64,000 nt of DNA from Escherichia phage AV126, in the sequence record OR352956.1. One strand, given 5' to 3'. Positions 63,791 through 64,000 of this stretch are shown one piece after another. A model generated the notes under the pieces. The model did not search any database and was not told the DNA's origin. It saw only the letters and a list, made by a program, of their open reading frames with translations. Both the position numbers and the translations under genes were made by a program. Position 1 is the first letter of the stretch. The number at the start of each line of letters is the position of its first letter.

Positions 63791-63967
63791 ATGGCTACTT
63801 TTCAACAATTGAAAGATGTTTCACGTTTAGTAAGAAAAATCCGAGAAGCAGACGCTGCTGTGCGGAATGCACTAACACCAGCAGAGCGTGAAGATCTTGA
63901 AGAGGAGGTGAAAACAGCCGAGAATGCTTTTGCTGCGTATCTTTCAACACTGTACACAGGAGGTTAA
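63791..63967 (+). CDS. hypothetical small protein
   Basis: Start re-set to MATFQQL after RBS AAGGAGAAAG. Confidence 0.5.
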   Translation: MATFQQLKDVSRLVRKIREADAAVRNALTPAEREDLEEEVKTAENAFAAYLSTLYTGG

Positions 63968-64000
63968 ATGTCAGAAGAACTTAAAGAATTTTATCAGGCA
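63968..64000 (+). CDS. hypothetical protein, N-terminal fragment (runs off window)
   Basis: ATG after RBS GGAGG; open to window end. Confidence 0.35.
   Translation, partial: MSEELKEFYQA

Overview
This window reads as a 64-kb internal segment of a large, AT-rich tailed dsDNA phage genome, probably from a proteobacterial (enterobacteria-like) host; no integrase or repressor is visible in the window. Layout: (1) 1-5.4 kb, plus strand: tail-fibre genes, one with collagen-like Gly-X-Y repeats and one with an Ig-like domain plus BspA-type leucine-rich repeats. (2) 5.4-41.1 kb, minus strand: replication and nucleotide metabolism (SSB-like protein, T7-like family A DNA polymerase interrupted by a LAGLIDADG intein, T7 gp4-like primase-helicase, N6-adenine methyltransferase, SF1 helicase, anaerobic ribonucleotide reductase NrdD/NrdG), a four-gene glycosyltransferase cluster, a secreted SleB-like hydrolase, and a Ter-like cluster (TerD, vWA, TelA-like, SprT-like protease, TerC) next to a macro-domain / phosphoribosyltransferase / HAD-hydrolase module. 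(3) 41.2-47.4 kb, plus strand: small genes, an AAA ATPase, a zinc-ribbon repeat protein and a NADAR-domain protein. (4) 48.6-59.0 kb: a visibly GC-richer island of about 32 very small plus-strand genes; 23 sigma70-type promoters were mapped there (of 26 in the window), most followed by a co-varying GC-rich 5' stem-loop (four are promoter-only, two of them with a palindrome over the core promoter instead). (5) Non-coding regions at 47.5-48.6 kb and 59.0-60.5 kb carrying Fur-box-like repeats, direct repeats and palindromes. (6) 60.5-64 kb: small early-type genes. The strongest candidates for new biology are the promoter-hairpin gene island and the phage-borne Ter / phosphoribosyltransferase / macro / NADAR arsenal. 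All calls rest on reading motifs and ORF structure by eye; no database search, alignment, fold or GC computation was run, so product names are hypotheses and coordinates of small features may be off by a few bases. Many ORF-track N-termini are over-extended because the track starts at TTG/GTG; starts were re-set to the ATG that follows a Shine-Dalgarno sequence.
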